Part shown: positions 10,534 through 21,192 of the stretch, one piece after another
Position numbering within the stretch: the stretch's first letter is position 1
Layout: every line of letters begins with the position of its first letter
Assembly: GCA_963735805.1 (NCBI GenBank)
Contig: CAVTMK010000001.1
Location: 96,001-160,000, forward strand
Length of the DNA: 64,000 nt
From: an uncultured Verrucomicrobiae bacterium
GTDB taxonomy: Bacteria > Verrucomicrobiota > Verrucomicrobiia > Chthoniobacterales > UBA10450
Reading direction: 5' to 3'
Translations under genes and position numbers: made by a program
The notes under the pieces: model-generated
Databases searched by the model: none
The model's input: the letters and a program-made list of their open reading frames with translations, nothing else
Told to the model about the DNA's origin: nothing

Positions 10534-10606
10534 TGGCTGGGGCCGGAATCGAACCGGCGACACGTGGATTTTCAGTCCACTGCTCTACCAACTGAGCTAC
10601 CCAGCC
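10534..10606 (-). tRNA. tRNA-Phe (GAA)
   Basis: GGCTGGG/CCCAGCC acceptor stem, CTGAAAA anticodon loop, GGTTCGATTCC T arm; CCA not encoded. Confidence 0.97.
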
Positions 10607-11027
10607 TTTTGCAAATCTGCCTCCGCCGTGTGAACCGCCGGCGCTTGCAGAGGCTCACTAAAGCAGAAAACATCTAACCCTCAACACGCGGTCGGTCTGG
10701 TGCGAAAAAACGCGGCGCACTTCGTTGAGGTCATGCCGTTGCAGCTATCTACTGAGGCATACCGAATCGTTCGGCATCTAGGAAGCGAAATCACCGTTCC
10801 CAAGGGCGCATCCACAGCGGGGCCGTTCGGCGGACTCAATGGTATCGGTTTATTCACTCTCCGCGTAATCCATTTCTGTGACCATTTAATATTTTTCGTT
10901 CCCGGACGTATTAGGAGGCGCAGGCCCACGCAAAGACTAATAGAACGGCAATCGCCAGAATTGATTTTACGGGCGGGATTCAGGAACGGAATTTGCTGTA
11001 TATAAAGGCCACAGCTCTTTAAATCGC

Positions 11028-11348
11028 CTATTGCTCGTGTGTCTCGGTGACTTTCCCCGCTTCATTGAAAACGCGGATTATCGCCCAGCGTGAACGCGAG
11101 AGAGAGCGGTACTTCGCGAACGCAACTGCGTTGCGAACTGCGTCGGGTCCGGCATACCAAACTGGGCCGCGCCTGAGGCGATCGCTAATTAGATCAAAAC
11201 CGTTCCGATCCTTACGGGGACGGATCTCATAAACGTCCTGCGCAAGAGTTGAGGACATTTCCACTGAGCTGTTTGCATCCTTCAAAACCTTGTCTGATCG
11301 CGCATCGACAAATCCAACGCTGTTCTGTTCAGTACGCACGGTCTCCAT
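11028..11348 (-). CDS. Hypothetical protein
   Basis: 106-aa ATG ORF with a globular-looking core (YEIRPRKDRNGFDLISDRL...IIRVFNEAG). Confidence 0.65.
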   Translation of the reverse strand: METVRTEQNSVGFVDARSDKVLKDANSSVEMSSTLAQDVYEIRPRKDRNGFDLISDRLRRGPVWYAGPDAVRNAVAFAKYRSLSRSRWAIIRVFNEAGKVTETHEQ

Positions 11349-11639
11349 GGAGGATCGCCAGGAGACACGTCACAGAACCAATCTTATTCGCTAACCTGAT
11401 TCATTGGAGCTTGCCAGCCCGAGCGCGAGTTCATTTCCGTTCTGAATCACCAGCGAGACCGTTGACAGTTTCACGGTCATTCATATTCGCAGCTGTGCGA
11501 GGGGAAAGAATGTGTCACGAGGCCCAAACGCTAGATGCAGAATCGGCCGTTGTGAATTACAGGGAACAGGAACCCGCGATTACCGATCCTGGCTACAACT
11601 AATCTGTGCTGGTTAATGACTTCATCGGAGCCCGAAGTG

Positions 11640-14600
11640 CTAATGGCAACTCTCGCTTCCCATGGTGATGAACGCCCCGGGGTTATTTTGATTACTGTAT
11701 TCGGCAGCAATCCAATTGGCGGAGCGATTCGTATTGGAGATTCGAAGCTCATCTATATCTCCATTGAAATAAAATCCGCCAAACGCCGAACCAATCGCAG
11801 CGCCAGGGTTAGACGCAGTAGCAGGCGTTGCCGCGACAGGCCCGGCAATCAGCAATCCGTCCTTGTATAATCTTAGACTTGACCCGTCGAAGGTTCCAGC
11901 AATGTGATGAAATGCCGTAAGATCTACTCCCGTTCCGTCAACGTCTGCACCGCCCCAGAAACCAACTCGCCAGGTGTTGTTCCCTAGAAGCACCATGTGC
12001 GGACCGTTGTTGGAAGTTCCACCCCACGCCATAACGGCATTCCCGTCCGTTGAAGGCTTCACCCATGTCTCCATGGTCCACGCCGTTGCAATAGGAAAGT
12101 CCCCAGGATTAGCCAGTCCGATAGCCTGTTTACTACTGCTGCACAAAATGAGCCGCCCCGTTAATCTTCCCAACACTCGCCGTAGGACCGTTAAATAACG
12201 TCCCATTGTTGCCACCGGTCGAATCGGTCGCAGTCAGGGTCGTTCCATTTCCAAAATGATACACAGCCTTGAAGTTGGTGTCCCATGTGTTGACCGGATC
12301 GGATTGGTCGGTGTTAATCGAGCTATCGCCATACATCAGGTAAAACACCGTGTCTGTCGTATTCGACACGGATGGGATCTTTACCCACGCGATCAGGTTG
12401 CCGGTTGTGCCATTGTATTTTTCCACTTCCCACTTGAGCTTGATAGTCCCCCCGGAGTCAGCGTAAAACCCGATGTCGAATCCGTTGGCATTGGCTACGT
12501 GGCCACCGTTGGCAATCGTCTTAAGCGCCGGATCAGTGAGGCTTACTAGTACCTGTGAAATTGGACTGTGTGCTGGGAACCTTGGTATGGTCGATCGTCA
12601 TTGGCCTCTGACATGCATTCCCAGTTGGAGTTGCCGTTGGGGTTGCAGTTGCAGTTGCCGTTGGGGTTGCGGTCGCTGTCGCTGTAGCTGTAGGAGTTGG
12701 TGTCGGGGTCGGCGGTGGTGGAGTCGGTGTGGAAGTAGCTGTAGGCGTAGGTGTCGCGGTTGGGGTAGGTGTGGGCGTAGGCGAGGAACACGACTCGCTT
12801 CCCATGGTGATGAACGCCCCGGGGTTATTTTGATTACTGTATTCGGCAGCAATCCAATTGGCGGAGCGATTCGTATTGGAGATTCGAAGCTCATCTATAT
12901 CTCCATTGAAATAAAATCCGCCAAACGCCGAACCAATCGCAGCGCCAGGGTTAGACGCAGTAGCAGGCGACACCGCGACAGGCCCGGCAATCAGCAATCC
13001 GTCCTTGTATAATCTTAGACTTGACCCGTCGAAGGTTCCAGCAACGTGATGAAATGCCGCAAGATCTACTCCCGTTCCGTCAACGTCTGCACCGCCCCAG
13101 AAACCAACTCGCCAGGTGTTGTTCCCTAGAAGCACCATGTGCGGACCGTTGTTGGAAGTTCCACCCCACGCCAGAACGGCATTCCCGTCCGTTGAAGGCT
13201 TCACCCATGTCTCCATGGTCCACGCCGTTGCAATAGGAAAGTCCCCAGGATTAGCCAGTCCGATAGCCTGTTTACTACTGCTCACAAAATGAGCCGCCCC
13301 GTTAATCTTCCCAACACTCGCCGTGGGACCGTTGAGTAACGTCCCATTGTTGCCACCGGTCGAATCGGTCGCAGTCAGGGTCGTTCCATTTCCAAAATGA
13401 TACACAGCCTTGAAGTTGGTGTCCCATGTGTTGACCGGATCGGATTGGTCGGTGTTAATCGAGCTATTACCATACATCAGGTAAAACACCGTGTCTGTCG
13501 TATTCGACACAGATGGGATCTTTACCCACGCGATCAGGTTGCCGGTTGTGCCATTGTATTTTTCCACTTCCCACTTGAGCTTGATAGTCCCCCCGGAGTC
13601 AGCGTAAAACCCGATGTCGAATCCGTTGGCATTGGCTACGTGGCCACCGTTGGCAATCGTCTTAAGCGCCGGATCAGTGAGGCTTACTAGTACCTGTGAA
13701 ATTGGACTGTGTGCTGGGAACCTTGGTATGGTCGATCGTCATTGGCCTCTGACATGCATTCCCAGTTGGAGTTGCCGTTGGGGTTGCAGTTGCAGTTGCC
13801 GTTGGGGTTGCGGTCGCTGTCGCTGTAGCTGTAGGAGTTGGTGTCGGGGTCGGCGGTGGTGGAGTCGGTGTGGAAGTAGCTGTAGGCGTAGGTGTCGCGG
13901 TTGGGGTAGGTGTGGGCGTTCCTCCAGCCAGCTTAAAAGCATAGACCTTGTTGCTGGCGGCAAAGTAGATCCGACCGCGTGCGACGATCCCTGCGTTCCA
14001 CTTGCGTGTATTAGCCATCAGTTCGTTTGTCCCACCGCCGGCGTAAACTACCGCGCCGGTATCGCCATTGTAGGCGTGCAAACGCTGGTCTCCGTTTTCG
14101 GAGCCGACCGTCCACACTATCGCGTTATTAGTCCCGTCGGTAGTTGTAACCCACGGCGATCCCTGTCCGCTCTGGCTAACACTCCAAGCCGGGACTATGG
14201 TTGGCGGATTTGTCGCAGTAATTTTATAAGCCGAGATCGCGCTGCTGCCGTCTCGAAAAACAAAGTATCTTCCGTTGCTAGTACGATAACTGGCAGCAGA
14301 CTGACCTCTAACTGCTACACCTACATTGGCATAAGCTACAGGTGCGGCGATGCCGCCAAGACTATTACGATTTAATAAATAGGCGTTGCCATCTTTGCCC
14401 AACGCGAGCGCCAACTGCGAAGGCGTAGCACCGGGCACATCCATGAGCACTGCGCCGCATCCGCCAAGATCAGTATCGCTATTATCAAGGGAGAGCCAAT
14501 TGGTAGGAGCCCAGTAGTTGGTCGGACTGCCATTAAAGATCGGTCCAGTTTGCAAACGAATAATCGCTTCGCCACCGCTCCAGGTACCTCCAGTGTTGAA

Positions 14601-15392
14601 GGTGTTACCGGTCACTACGAACATGTTAGTGCCGTCACTGGCAACGCCGCCATGGCCCCAAATTCCGCCACCGATAGCAGTTGTCGCCCAGGCGGTCACA
14701 CTGGCTGGATTATTGATTTGCACGCCGACAACCCAACCGTGGTAGGTGCCGCAATCGCCGGCATGGCCGGAATACAACACATAGACGACGCCATTAACCA
14801 GGCCGAGTGCAGCTCGCTGGTTCTGGACCAGGGAAGTGAAGGCCGTGCCGTTATACATCGCTGTGGCGTTTACATCCACCGGCCAGCCGGAATTAACGGC
14901 GCCTGTGTCCACGTTCAAGGAATAGATAAAATGCTTCTTCGTCGCGCCATCGATCATGGCGTCTAAGAAAAGTGACCGGGAGGCGAGATCTACAACGGGC
15001 GTGCCCGTGATACCAAGTGGACTAATATTGCCGCACGGCAGACCTGAGCTAACAGGAGCGCCTACATTCCGCTGCCAAATCACCGTCCCAGTAGTGGCAT
15101 TGAGCGCATAAACGTTATTCGATTCAGTAGCGACGATAACCATCGAGGCGCCGCCAGGACCGTTTTCGACGTAAAGGGGTTGAGCGTAAACGTTCCCTGA
15201 AATGGTGCCATCGAAGTTGAGGTCGCGCACGACATTAGCGACGGCAGAAGGGGTAAACGCCGATTCGATGTAGAGGCCATCACGGGAAAGATTGTTCTGC
15301 TCCTGGATAACGTTGACTTGCGCGTTAGCGGGAAAAACCGCAATACAAAGACCAGCAAGGATAAGTAAGAAAGTGGGTTCTACATGTTTCAT
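11640..15392 (-). pseudogene. Large secreted protein, frameshifted: signal peptide - PQQ-like beta-propeller - PT linker - DUF2341/LamG - PT linker - DUF2341/LamG
   Basis: Four ORF pieces join into one about 1249-aa frame if single extra bases at 13693-13694, 12552-12553 and 12141 are removed. Motifs VYALNATTGTVIW, AWVKIP, FHHVAGTFDG and GDIDELRISN. Confidence 0.8.
11652..13919. repeat. Tandem duplication with 1141-1142 bp period (copies 11652-12778 and 12794-13919)
   Basis: Near-identical copies with scattered substitutions; the PT-linker half appears identical. Confidence 0.95.
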
Positions 15393-15953
15393 AAGGTTGG
15401 TTGTGGCAATTGCGCTCCCCTGTCACCCAACGCGTTGAATGCATATCGTTTGTCATAGCAAAAGAGGTTGCACCAAAGATAACGGCGAACGATGTCTTAG
15501 CGGAGCTGTTAAGGTTTCCGACGGCGAACGCGTGCAGCTAAGCGAAAGCAGTCGTGTCTTGATGATTCCGCAAGCCCGTTTTGAACGTCTCGCGTCTTGA
15601 CATCATGCTTGTCGAACCGAACATCGTTTGACAAAAGCACATGTCAAGGATAGGAAGTGAATAACATGTAATAGGGCCAAAAAGCTAGATCCAATGGATC
15701 GTGTCCTCGATCGGTGGATGTTATCGCGGCAATAGCGAGTTATTTCCAGAGCGCCTATAACTCGGACTTTAAATGCCTAAATAGAAAAAAGCGATTGATA
15801 GACGTTTTTTAGCCTAAACTCTCTCACAGCAAAGAGGTGTTACTTGTTAATTTCTGAAAGGTGTATCCCATGTCCTGTATAATTCATTCAAATAAGAAAC
15901 CTGATTAGACGCTTGATCCGATCGTTGTCGGACTTCATGGCGGTTTCTTTTAC

Positions 15954-15986
15954 GTCGGAATACCTGACAAAGTCGGAATATCTTAC
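15954..15986. promoter_or_regulatory. Tandem imperfect palindromic boxes GTCGGAATACCTGAC / GTCGGAATATCTTAC, candidate operator
   Basis: Two 15-bp boxes at 18-bp spacing inside a long ORF-poor, AT-richer region upstream of the secreted-protein gene. Confidence 0.4.
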
Positions 15987-16420
15987 GCAGTAGTTCAGCT
16001 ATAACTTTTATAGTCGTTTTTCCGTGTACTAGGACACGCGATAGACGCAGCAGCGGAATCGCGCGTTTTGCGTAAGACAGGGACGCCTTTTAGGTCGGTA
16101 CGATTTGCGATGCCACTGCCCGGCTACGTTGAAATCGATCTTGTATTCGTATGTCTCGAATCGTCGAGTGCATTAATTAGGGTCCTGACTTGAGTTGATC
16201 GATTTTTCTCGGTTTCAGTGCCTGCAGAAAATGTCTATGGCATACGAGGCGGAAATCCCAGCGCGAAATGAAAGGTTTTTGACTCGCTGAAGGAAGTGCC
16301 CAGACAAGTACCGGCTCAACAACAAGGTTGTCGCCGTTGCGACAGTACCATCTTTGTTCCTCGACACGGGGTTGCTCTGACCGGATGAGCCGCGGCGCGG
16401 CGACATCAACGGCTATACCC

Positions 16421-16987
16421 TTAAAATTCTCGTGGCAATTCCACCGCCCTGCGCAGAAGGCGCAGGTAATGGTTTCGCGAGATTTCGATGCCCCCAAATT
16501 GTTGCAAGTGCGGAGTCAACCATTGCGTGTCAAGCAAAGTGAATTTTTGCGCACGCATATGTTCTACAAGCGTAACCAGTGCGATTTTCGATGCATCCGT
16601 TACGTGGTGGAACATTGATTCGCCGAAGAAAGCGCCACCGACTGCGACACCGTAGAGTCCGCCAGCAAGCCTGCCTTCCTTCCAGGCTTCGATCGAGTGC
16701 GCGCAGCCGAGTTCATACAATCGGGTATAGCTCTCAATAATTTCGAGATTGATCCATGTATCTTCCCGCCTTGCGCATGCCTCGATCACGTTGGAAAACG
16801 CGTGGTCAATCGTGGTTTTGAAAACACTTTTACGCACAAGCCGCCGCAGCGCGTGCGGCAGATGGAAATCTTCCAACGGCAAGATCGCGCGCGGGTCTGG
16901 CGAAAACCATTGGATCGAATCGTCCTCCATCGCCATCGGAAAAACACCGAGCCGATAACCTTGCAACAAGAGTTCGGGATCGATCAT
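16421..16987 (-). CDS. aat: Leucyl/phenylalanyl-tRNA--protein transferase
   Basis: GYRLGVFPM, WFSPDPRA, TWI, HSIEAW, GGLYGV, FFGESMF, DASKIAL, LLDTQ; ATG at 16987. Confidence 0.95.
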   Translation of the reverse strand: MIDPELLLQGYRLGVFPMAMEDDSIQWFSPDPRAILPLEDFHLPHALRRLVRKSVFKTTIDHAFSNVIEACARREDTWINLEIIESYTRLYELGCAHSIEAWKEGRLAGGLYGVAVGGAFFGESMFHHVTDASKIALVTLVEHMRAQKFTLLDTQWLTPHLQQFGGIEISRNHYLRLLRRAVELPREF

Positions 16988-17131
16988 GGTCAACGGAGTA
17001 AAAGTTAAAGCGTTAAAATGGTACAACCGGCAGGCGTTGACCATTTTCAACTATTTAACCTTTTACCCAACACTTGGCGTTACTCCGCAATCCGCAATTG
17101 CAATGCCTCACGGTGTTCATAAAATACATGG

Positions 17132-17329
17132 ATGAAACGCGTGTTGATCCTGTTCGTGATCGCATGCCTGGTTCTGAGCGGCTGTGCTGACCCTCTGGAA
17201 CAACGTTCGACTCAAGAAGTTCAGGGGCAGTTTGAACGCGGGGTAACCGGCCAGGGAACGCTCGGCCCGTTGGAGCGATCTGCGAGTGATCCGGCCGCAG
17301 AGCATAGCGTCCCGCAGACTCATCCCTAG
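17132..17329 (+). CDS. Small putative lipoprotein
   Basis: MKR plus hydrophobic stretch plus LSGC lipobox; ends 10 nt before guaA. Confidence 0.75.
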   Translation: MKRVLILFVIACLVLSGCADPLEQRSTQEVQGQFERGVTGQGTLGPLERSASDPAAEHSVPQTHP

Positions 17330-17339
17330 CGCGCTGAAA

Positions 17340-18968
17340 ATGTCCGAAACATCAACGCACTCAAAAATTCTCATTCTCGACTTCGGCTCGCAGTACACAC
17401 AAGTAATAGCGCGGCGAATCCGTGAGTGCCAGGTTTACTCGGAGATTATTCGTTTCGACACGCCTGCTGCCGAAGTTGCTGCGTTGAACCCGAAGGGAAT
17501 AATACTATCCGGGGGTCCCGCGAGCGTTTACGACAAGGGCGCACCGCAAATCGATCCGGAGATTTTCTCGTTAGGCGTGCCCGTGCTAGGAATTTGTTAC
17601 GGATTGATGCTGATGGCGCAACATCTTGGTGGACGAGTCGTATTCACCGGACGCCGCGAGTACGGCGCAGGCGTATTGCACATCAAGGACGGTTCCGAGC
17701 TTTTGGGTGGATTAGGTGGGCAACTGGACGTCTGGAACAGCCACGGCGATGAGGTCACGGCGTTGCCGAAAGGCTTTCGCGCCGCCGGGACTACTGAAGG
17801 TTGCGACTTCGCGGTGGTAGAAGATCCGCAGCGGAAACTCTACGGATTGCAATTTCATCCTGAGGTCGTCCATACCCCGCGCGGCAGAGAGATTCTCCAA
17901 AATTTTCTATTTCACATCTGCCACTGCGCAATGGATTGGACTATGGGCTCCTTTATTGAAGAGGCATGCGCCCGTGTGAGGAAACAGGTCGGAAATCAAA
18001 AAGTCGTGCTCGGTTTGAGTGGTGGGGTTGATTCTTCGGTGACCGCTGCACTTTTACACAAAGCAATCGGCGACCAACTCACTTGCATTTTTGTCAATAA
18101 CGGGTTGCTCCGCGCTCGAGAGGAAGAAGTGGTGCAGCGCGTTTTTGGCGAGAATTTTCATGTACGCCTAAAATACGTGGACGCCAGCGATCGTTTTCTC
18201 GCGGTGCTCAAAGGAGTGACCGATCCTGAAAAGAAGCGAAAGCTAATCGGCAATGAATTCATCAAAGCATTTCAACACGCGACTGAGGAACTACTTGAGG
18301 AGGACGGAAAAAACGGCGACCGCACACTCGATACATCGAGTTCCGCCCGCCGGCCGGCGGGCGGAAACAGCGGTTACAAATTTCTTGCACAAGGTACGCT
18401 ATACCCTGATGTAATTGAGAGCGTATCGATCCAAGGAAATCCCGCGCAAGTTATCAAGAGTCATCATAACGTCGGCGGTTTACCTGAGAAAATGCATTTC
18501 GAGCTTGTCGAGCCGGTGCGCCAATTATTCAAGGATGAAGTGCGCCAGGCAGGATTGCAGCTCGGTTTACCCAAAGAAATCGTATATCGCCAGCCTTTCC
18601 CGGGACCTGGCCTTGCCGTTCGCATTCTTGGAGAGGTGACGCCTGAACGTCTATCCATTCTGCGAGAGGCGGACACGATTGTGCAGAGTGAAATGGAGGC
18701 GGCCGACTGGTATTACAAAGTCTGGCAATCATTTGCTGTTTTACTTCCTGTACAATCGGTTGGTGTGATGGGCGACCAACGCACTTATGAGAACACAGTC
18801 GTGCTTCGCATTGTCGAAAGCCAGGACGGCATGACTGCCGACTGGGTACGTCTTCCATACGAGTTGCTGGCGCGTATTTCGAATCGGATCAGCAACGAAG
18901 TGAAAGGCGTCAACAGGGTTTGTTACGACATCTCCAGTAAGCCACCGAGCACGATCGAGTGGGAGTGA
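17340..18968 (+). CDS. guaA: Glutamine-hydrolysing GMP synthase
   Basis: [53 protein letters not shown]. Confidence 0.98.
   Translation: MSETSTHSKILILDFGSQYTQVIARRIRECQVYSEIIRFDTPAAEVAALNPKGIILSGGPASVYDKGAPQIDPEIFSLGVPVLGICYGLMLMAQHLGGRVVFTGRREYGAGVLHIKDGSELLGGLGGQLDVWNSHGDEVTALPKGFRAAGTTEGCDFAVVEDPQRKLYGLQFHPEVVHTPRGREILQNFLFHICHCAMDWTMGSFIEEACARVRKQVGNQKVVLGLSGGVDSSVTAALLHKAIGDQLTCIFVNNGLLRAREEEVVQRVFGENFHVRLKYVDASDRFLAVLKGVTDPEKKRKLIGNEFIKAFQHATEELLEEDGKNGDRTLDTSSSARRPAGGNSGYKFLAQGTLYPDVIESVSIQGNPAQVIKSHHNVGGLPEKMHFELVEPVRQLFKDEVRQAGLQLGLPKEIVYRQPFPGPGLAVRILGEVTPERLSILREADTIVQSEMEAADWYYKVWQSFAVLLPVQSVGVMGDQRTYENTVVLRIVESQDGMTADWVRLPYELLARISNRISNEVKGVNRVCYDISSKPPSTIEWE
18341..18366. repeat. 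Perfect 26-bp palindrome inside guaA
   Basis: TTCCGCCCGCCGG-CCGGCGGGCGGAA; adjacent hairpin CTCGAT-ac-ATCGAG at 18327-18340. Confidence 0.9.
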
Positions 18969-19098
18969 GCTAATTTTCGATGGATTTTCAACGTGTAGTA
19001 CGAAACCCTACGCGAGCGTAAAAAATCTAAAAAAAGTGTTGACGCCATAAGCCAGTGGCTCGCATTGTCGATTCAAACTCAAACGGAGGATCGACTAA

Positions 19099-19527
19099 AT
19101 GAAAATCCCTGGACTCATTGTAACGTTGGTGTTGGTGGCATTTGCTTTTGCACCTGCGAAGCTCAATGCTCAGAGCAGTCAAAAACAAGCGTATTCTGCC
19201 AAGCTAAGTTCACCGAGGCTTGGACAGGTTTTGTACGTTGGGCAGCAATTCAGGATTGCGTGGGACGAGGCACTCCCCGATATGCGAAACTTGCACGCGT
19301 GCGAGATGGAGATTTGGCTTTCATTGGACGGGGGCAGGACGTTCTCGACGTGCATTACACCGATAAGTACGACCAGAAGATATTTTGATTGGACAGTCCC
19401 GAACACTCCTACGAATGCAGCGGTCCTGGATATTCGGTTCGGGTGTGAAATGTATTATCCTGAAACCGCTAGTCCTCAGCCGGCATCGACTTTTGTGATC
19501 GCGAAAACTGCCCCGCGTGTGCACTGA
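19099..19527 (+). CDS. Hypothetical secreted protein, probably a beta-sandwich
   Basis: GGAGGA Shine-Dalgarno, signal peptide, WLSLDGGRTF and FDWTVPNTPT motifs. Confidence 0.75.
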   Translation: MKIPGLIVTLVLVAFAFAPAKLNAQSSQKQAYSAKLSSPRLGQVLYVGQQFRIAWDEALPDMRNLHACEMEIWLSLDGGRTFSTCITPISTTRRYFDWTVPNTPTNAAVLDIRFGCEMYYPETASPQPASTFVIAKTAPRVH

Positions 19528-19554
19528 GTCTTGCAGTCGCGCCGGTTCACAAGG

Positions 19555-21099
19555 TTAGTCAACCTGCGCGATGGCATTCATGAACTCGGAGAAATCCTTC
19601 CCGTTGCGCGCTGCATGATTCAGCGCATCCAAACGCGTATCCACTGCCGCTTCCGGCAGCGCAATGCGGTATGATTGCGCTCCGTTCACAAAAACGATTT
19701 CGTCCCATTGAATAGATGAAATCTCGTCGTTGAAACGAGCGACAGCGCGGCCCCGGAAAAATGCTCGCGTTGTTTCTGGCGGGCTAAAAATCGCAGTCTT
19801 GATTTCTTCCTCGCTCGTAATGCGGCGCATCAAACCTTTCCGTACCAGTTCATAATATAATCCCCGGTCTAAATCGAGATTGTGATACTCAAGGTCAATG
19901 GATTGCAGCCATGGGTCGCTCCAGGCAAGTTCTTCTTCGTTTCGTAAGGCCTCCAGCAGAAACTTCTTCGCAACCCAGTCAACGCGGTCCCGCGTCGACG
20001 TGACCTCCCTCTCGAGATCATTGAGTACACTTTCCCATTCACGTAGAATCCATCTCCATTCCTCACTGTTGTCTGAACTACCAAAGCCTGACGAAGGTGG
20101 ATCCAGTTTGCTCGCAGCGCGCAAATAAATCCGTTGCACATCAATCGCAGAGATTTTGCGCCCATCTTTAAGTTCGATGATCCAATCGTAGGTCTGATCG
20201 CGGCTAATCGATTTGTTTGCATCAACTGGCTGCGCGATCTCAAGCTGCGGCGCCTGCCCGCGCTCAATCAGGTCGAGTACGAGCGCAGTGGTTCCAATTT
20301 TCATAGCCGTGGCCCATTCGCTCATATTTGAGTCGCCAAGAATGACATGGAACCGACGATAGCGGCTCGCGTCTACATGTGGCTCGTCGCGTGTGTTGAT
20401 CAAAGGGCGGCGATTCATCGTATCGATGCTCACAACCACACTGAAAAAATCGGCGCGCTGCGATATTTGATAGATGCCAGGCTCTCCCTGCGCGCTTTCG
20501 GCTTCGATTCCCATCTTACCGGCGCCGGCGAAAATCTGACGAGTAATGAGGAACGGCAGCATGCCAGCGACAATCCGATCCCACGCGACATCGCGTCTCA
20601 TCAGATAATTGTCATGGCAACCGTAACTGTGGCCGGCAAAATCAGTATTATTTTTATAAAGCCGAACTTCAAATCCGGGAGGCAATTTCTGATTTCGACG
20701 TCGTGCGCACTCCGCCAGAATGCGTTCCCCTGCTTTGTCCTGTGCCGCAATCTGCCGAAGCGTAGTGCATTCCGGCGTAGAATATTCCGGATGTGCGTGA
20801 TCGTTGTAAAACCGCGCGCCATTTGAGAGTACGAGGTCGCTCTTTATTTCCTCGAAGCTCAGAGGACGGCGCTTATCAATCTCGTAATAGGCCGATTCGT
20901 CCGTGTCTTGAAGTAATTCTCGCGCGCGAAATCCTCGTGCGTCGAGATGCGGGTCTTCCAGTTCGTAGTCCCATTTCATCAGCGCACCATTCTCGGTATA
21001 ACGCCGCACCAATTCGATCGATTCGGCCACTACATCGACAGTCTCAGCACCGCTGAGAGTAATGCCGTATTCCGTCTCCAGCCCAAAGACGCGTTTCAT
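19555..21099 (-). CDS. dop: Depupylase/deamidase Dop (Pup-ligase family, PafA2-type)
   Basis: GLETEYG, Dop loop WDYELEDPHLDARGF, NGARFYNDHAHPEYSTPEC, KNNTD..GHSYGCH, RPLINTRDEPH, RRFHVILGD, PPETTRAFFRG. Confidence 0.9.
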   Translation of the reverse strand: MKRVFGLETEYGITLSGAETVDVVAESIELVRRYTENGALMKWDYELEDPHLDARGFRARELLQDTDESAYYEIDKRRPLSFEEIKSDLVLSNGARFYNDHAHPEYSTPECTTLRQIAAQDKAGERILAECARRRNQKLPPGFEVRLYKNNTDFAGHSYGCHDNYLMRRDVAWDRIVAGMLPFLITRQIFAGAGKMGIEAESAQGEPGIYQISQRADFFSVVVSIDTMNRRPLINTRDEPHVDASRYRRFHVILGDSNMSEWATAMKIGTTALVLDLIERGQAPQLEIAQPVDANKSISRDQTYDWIIELKDGRKISAIDVQRIYLRAASKLDPPSSGFGSSDNSEEWRWILREWESVLNDLEREVTSTRDRVDWVAKKFLLEALRNEEELAWSDPWLQSIDLEYHNLDLDRGLYYELVRKGLMRRITSEEEIKTAIFSPPETTRAFFRGRAVARFNDEISSIQWDEIVFVNGAQSYRIALPEAAVDTRLDALNHAARNGKDFSEFMNAIAQVD

Positions 21100-21192
21100 C
21101 ACATCCTGCTCTTTTCCGATGTCAGTCGGCCAATGCCCAGAAGGAGACCAAGCTCAACCGGTGCAACGCTATGGTCATTTCGTCTTCGCTTC

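Noticed and set aside
10681..11005. Overlapping short ORFs next to tRNA-Phe
   Set aside because: No consistent frame, start signal or motif; cannot support a CDS.
12620..12780. Short periodic repeats here and at 13760-13920, considered as CRISPR or VNTR
   Set aside because: They encode Pro/Thr/Ala linkers; there is no repeat-spacer structure and no cas gene.
11652..13919. Repeat pair considered as a DGR template/variable region
   Set aside because: Far too long, differences are not adenine-specific, and no reverse transcriptase is present.
21122..21178. 18-codon minus-strand ORF (MTIALHRLSLVSFWALAD) between arc and dop, considered as Pup/UBact
   Set aside because: Too short, hydrophobic, and lacks the C-terminal GE/GQ needed for conjugation.
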